From Catajapyx aquilonaris (Eukaryota): a DNA stretch of 34,981 bases. The stretch lies in the NCBI GenBank assembly GCA_000934665.2, contig JYFJ02004076.1:1-34981 (forward strand). The letters run 5' to 3'. Position numbers and translations under genes: made by a program. The notes under the pieces are model-generated. The model ran no database searches and had not been told where the DNA came from. It saw only the letters and a list, made by a program, of their open reading frames with translations. Below, in pieces: positions 31,430 through 34,981 of this stretch (the first letter of the stretch is position 1; every line of letters starts with the position of its first letter).

Positions 31430-32630
31430 AACGAATTAGGGGGGCACGGCAGTGCCCCCGCCAAGTTCTCGCCGCACTGCCGGACCACCTTTACCCGACA
31501 CAACTCAAGTCATTTTGACCCCCTCGAATCTTCGCACTGGTGAACATACGTAGCTTCAAAATTTTTATTTGGGTAGATAAAAATCGATTAAAAATAATAC
31601 CCCCTTACTTCCATGTTCATATCTCTTTTCATTTCCGACTTTAAAAATCCTAAAAACTTCCGAAACGGCCAAAATATGACACTCACTCACTGACTGATCA
31701 TCAAAATTATACGGAACTTCCAGTGGTCCTAGGATGCTGAAATTTGGTATGCTGGTAGAGCTTGTCAAACAAACATCAGAATAAATCTGAAAACGGCACT
31801 TTTTTGAGTCTAAATGCTCAAAAAAAATAATTCGCGAAGTCTGCTCCTGCTGACCGGATGCGGAATTTTTAAATTTTTATCACGGATTACTTTTTACTTT
31901 GAATTTCCAGTTATGCTGGTGCTCCTCCTGCCTTCCCCACGTTCTCATCTCCTCACCCCCTCCCTTCCCCCCCCCCCNCCCCCCCCCCCCGAAATCTTGT
32001 GGATTAATGCCATTTTATCTGGCTTATTAGCTTAGAAGATATCAATTAAATATGGAGCATGAAACAGAGATTCATTAGTGTCACTTAGAGATAATTGAAT
32101 GAAGATTGCAACTTTCATTGTTATTGGTCGATACTGAACCTTTTTCGAATTTTTGTCGTCTTAATTGTAATATTTTGACACGTATGGTGATATCTACAGG
32201 GTGATCAAACTTTTTTGTCGTTTTAGTTATTGACAAATTCAGTCTAAGCTGCTTATATTGTAGCCCGTTCCCTGGCAACCCCGTCCGGTGGGCCAATTCA
32301 AAAATCAGCCCATGGAGAGCGCTTCCATTGTTGCCACTGTTTACAAATCGCGTGAGTGACGCGGACGACCCAGCGACGGGTCTCTTCTGCCTGCGCACTC
32401 ACTCATTCGATTTGTAAACAGTGGCAACAATGGAAGCGCTCTCCATGGGCTGATGTTTGAATTGGCCCACCGGACGGCGTTGCCAGGGAACGGGCTACAA
32501 TATAAGCAGCTTAGGCTGAATTTGTCAATAACTAAAACGACAAAAAAGTTTGATCACCCTGGTATATTGCGATTTTTATATGGTGTTTTACATTCCAAAA
32601 TTTAATGCTGACAGCTCAAGGCTTTGATTA
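31430..32630. mobile_element. Probable Helitron/Helentron-associated non-autonomous repeat (DINE-1/HINE-like); boundaries approximate
   Basis: Subterminal hairpin gggggcac-ggca-gtgccccc (~31440-31459), internal (CACT)n/TGAC microsatellite followed by gctgaaatttggtatg (31681-31752), and a poly-C tract. Assigned by recalled resemblance to arthropod rolling-circle non-autonomous elements. Confidence 0.45.
32197..32561. mobile_element. 365-bp Tc1/mariner-type MITE, almost fully palindromic
   Basis: ~160-bp near-perfect TIRs CAGGGTGATCAAACTTTTTTGTCG... / ...CGACAAAAAAGTTTGATCACCCTG. TA on the left and GTA on the right (imperfect TA TSD). Confidence 0.88.
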
Positions 32631-32871
32631 TCACTATCACTGTTGACACCTTAGAAGAACATAGTTGCTCTTTGTGACGTCAGAATCATTGTTTGAACAA
32701 ATAATTTTACTCGTCAATCAAAGTAAATTCCAAAGGCAACATAGTGCCTTCAACAGTAGCGATGTGGTATTCGGCTGGGGTCCGGTAAACCCAGATTGCA
32801 ATGATGATCGATTTCATTTAATTGGATGTAATGCTTTACGGTCAGTAAATGCAAGACTAGTCATGTCATAT

Positions 32872-33161
32872 CAAAGAGTTCTGCTATATTATATATACAC
32901 CTAGAGGAGGTACTCGGCCTGAAATGTGAGGCAGGCAACAATGCAGGCAACAATATGACCTTCAACAAGATGGCGGACGCCTGACATTAGTGAACTAATT
33001 GTCGCCCAGTTGTCATTATTGGTTGTTGTCCCAGTTGCTAGACAACTGTTAGAACAACAACATGACCTTCAACAAGATGGCGACTGCCTCAGCCTGTCTA
33101 ATGGAAAAGGATAGGGAGTACCTCCTCTAGGTATTATATTATATAATAGCAGAACTCTTTG
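32872..33161. mobile_element. 290-bp MITE with 8-bp TSD (P- or hAT-like)
   Basis: TIR CAAAGAGTTCTGCTAT...CCTAGAGGAGGTACTC mirrored at 33116-33161. TSD TGTCATAT at 32864-32871 and 33162-33169. Internal direct repeat atgaccttcaacaagatggcg (2 copies). Confidence 0.88.
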
Positions 33162-34177
33162 TGTCATATAGATGTGCACTCGGTTGCACTCTAGCAAGAA
33201 TGGGGCCACGATCTGAAGTATTGTTATATGATCTTACATTGTTGCGTTGAGTAGTAACAGCGATTTGTTGACGTCTATTATTGTTTGACTCTAGACTAAT
33301 GTAAATTTAGCCATAATAATTTTACGCTACTTCAAATTTAACTGGGCGGGCCACAATGTATCCAAATCCAATCATGAATGAACAGGAAAGTATGATCCGC
33401 ATTTAAATACAGCAGAGTTAAAGCGTCCCCCATGTGCCATCGTCAATAATTATTAACAAATTATGAATCAAAATAACTAATGAATCTAATATATTATTAA
33501 ACTGATATCCCCATCCTCCCAGATATTCATTCAAGGCATATAACAACTCTAGTATAATTCATTACGTGGTGATGGATGTGGACAGGGGCTGGAGAGTCAA
33601 TAATTATTGAACAATAATACCCAAAGTGGTGAGTGGATGGATATTGTGACACCTTACCTTACAGAAGTGTTGAGCTGTTATGATAGATAATGTGGTATAG
33701 GCAATATTAGACGGAAGAATGATCGAAACCGAGCTGAGTGCGGAGGCCTCAAAAGTTGCGTCCGATCAACCAGCGATCACAAAAGCGACTAACAGTTATT
33801 ATTTACAGCTGTAGCCATAGCCACACTGTTGTTGACACTAGTTGCTAGAATAAACAGGTATCCAATGTTACCGCTACGTTTAATCCTCGTCATTGTCGCC
33901 TAATCATGTCAAGGAAATTACTAATTCATGATTTTGGGTGGGGGAGGGGGAAGTGCTACCAATTTCATCTAATACACACCCATTCAAATCTCCCATATTC
34001 ACCTAAGCTCGTGTGACCTTCGTCAACCCGAAAAAAATTCGCCTGCGATTCCTGGCTACGTCACTGCCGCTATCTATCTGAAGCTGCGATTGCATTTCAT
34101 ACAAATACAAATATTTCATACAAAATATACAACAACAAATTCCTAAATACCTAAAATACAAAATAATACAAATAAAA

Positions 34178-34450
34178 AATTCAAGGTCATCAACAGCCTA
34201 TGTGTACAGGGAACAATTCCCAATTTGTGTGGCGTATGCCATTACCATACAGAGGACAGGGCCAAGGCCTGAGTCTCACTAATGCACTCATCGATATGGG
34301 TTCCTCTGTCTTCTCGTGCGGTCAAGCCTACGTGGCTCTTTCCAGAGTTAAAAGTATCAATGGAGTGCATCTCATCCATGCCTCCTTTACTAACATCAAG
34401 GCTCAAGAGTAGGCTATTCTGGAGTACGATAGATTGAGATCTATTTACCG
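34178..34450 (+). pseudogene. PIF1-family helicase C-terminal remnant (Helitron/Helentron Rep-Hel relic)
   Basis: AYVYREQFPICVAYAITI, then a frameshift into QGLSLTNALIDMGSSVFSCGQAYVALSRVKSINGVHL, a premature TAG, then AILEYDRLR. These are PIF1 helicase motifs IV-VI. Confidence 0.85.
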
Positions 34451-34981
34451 ACAAACTTATTCATACACAAAAGAATGGGCTATGCGATCAGGTGTAGCAG
34501 ATGTCCAATTCGCACAACCACAACAGAAAAAAGGAAGCGCAATAATATTATGAGAAAGCAGAAGAAAATCATACCTATTCAGTGGAAAAGATAGAGTTTT
34601 ATATACTTTCGTATATAACCTACACCTTGCTTACACATTTTGCTCTAAGTTATTCATTGCCTTATTTGAAATATTTAACGGACCATTGCTTCCACGCCCA
34701 ACCGTAGGAGTCTCCCCTTATAATTATCCTACACTCCTGCCTACAAAAAGAGGTGAGATCCCACCAAAAACATTTCTGTAAAAAAAGGCCAAGTCCTCCT
34801 GACTGCTTGGCCGTCAAAAGTGGTGAGATCTGAAATACGGCCAAGTTCAACGTCGTTGTCAATTACTGGCATTCTCAACTTCTTCAACCTAAACCACTAA
34901 CTTTGTTTTTCCAGGTCGACCTTAAGTTTAATCATCAAAAAATTTTAATGGAATTTCTCTTGCTGTAACTTGGCCATTGCT

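Noticed and set aside
31950..31990. Poly-C tract with an N (poly-Pro ORF, G-quadruplex potential)
   Set aside because: Low-complexity, low-quality sequence inside a probable repeat element.
34045..34066. cctggctacgtcactg, resembling a DNA-transposon terminus
   Set aside because: No matching inverted partner or TSD found in the window.
1..34981. Prokaryotic systems, tRNA/rRNA genes, insect odorant receptors
   Set aside because: No operon structure or RNA-gene signatures were seen. The 7TM genes carry the GR TYhhhhhQF motif rather than OR features.

Overview
Eukaryotic, arthropod-like genomic DNA with short GT-AG introns and a TATA + TCAGT initiator. It is mainly a chemosensory gene cluster. 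There are four full-length divergent ionotropic receptors (IRs): two near-identical intronless paralogs, one 4-exon paralog and one distant IR. There is also a 281-aa 'mini-IR' that keeps the signal peptide and S2-end/last TM helix but lacks S1 and the pore. Five gustatory receptor (GR) genes share a 4-exon structure and the TYhhhhhQF motif; three are intact, one has a last-exon frameshift, and one was split by a reconstructable ~2.3-kb inversion and also carries a MITE insertion. Inside the cluster is a 5-exon farnesyl-diphosphate-synthase-like gene whose chain-length, second Asp-rich and C-terminal motifs are all altered, as in IDS-derived terpene synthases. It is the best candidate for new biology here: a possible volatile-making enzyme linked to its candidate receptors. 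The right end holds a GTSF1/Asterix-like CHHC zinc-finger gene, several non-autonomous DNA transposons and a Helitron-type helicase remnant. All calls come from manual reading and motif recall; no searches were run.
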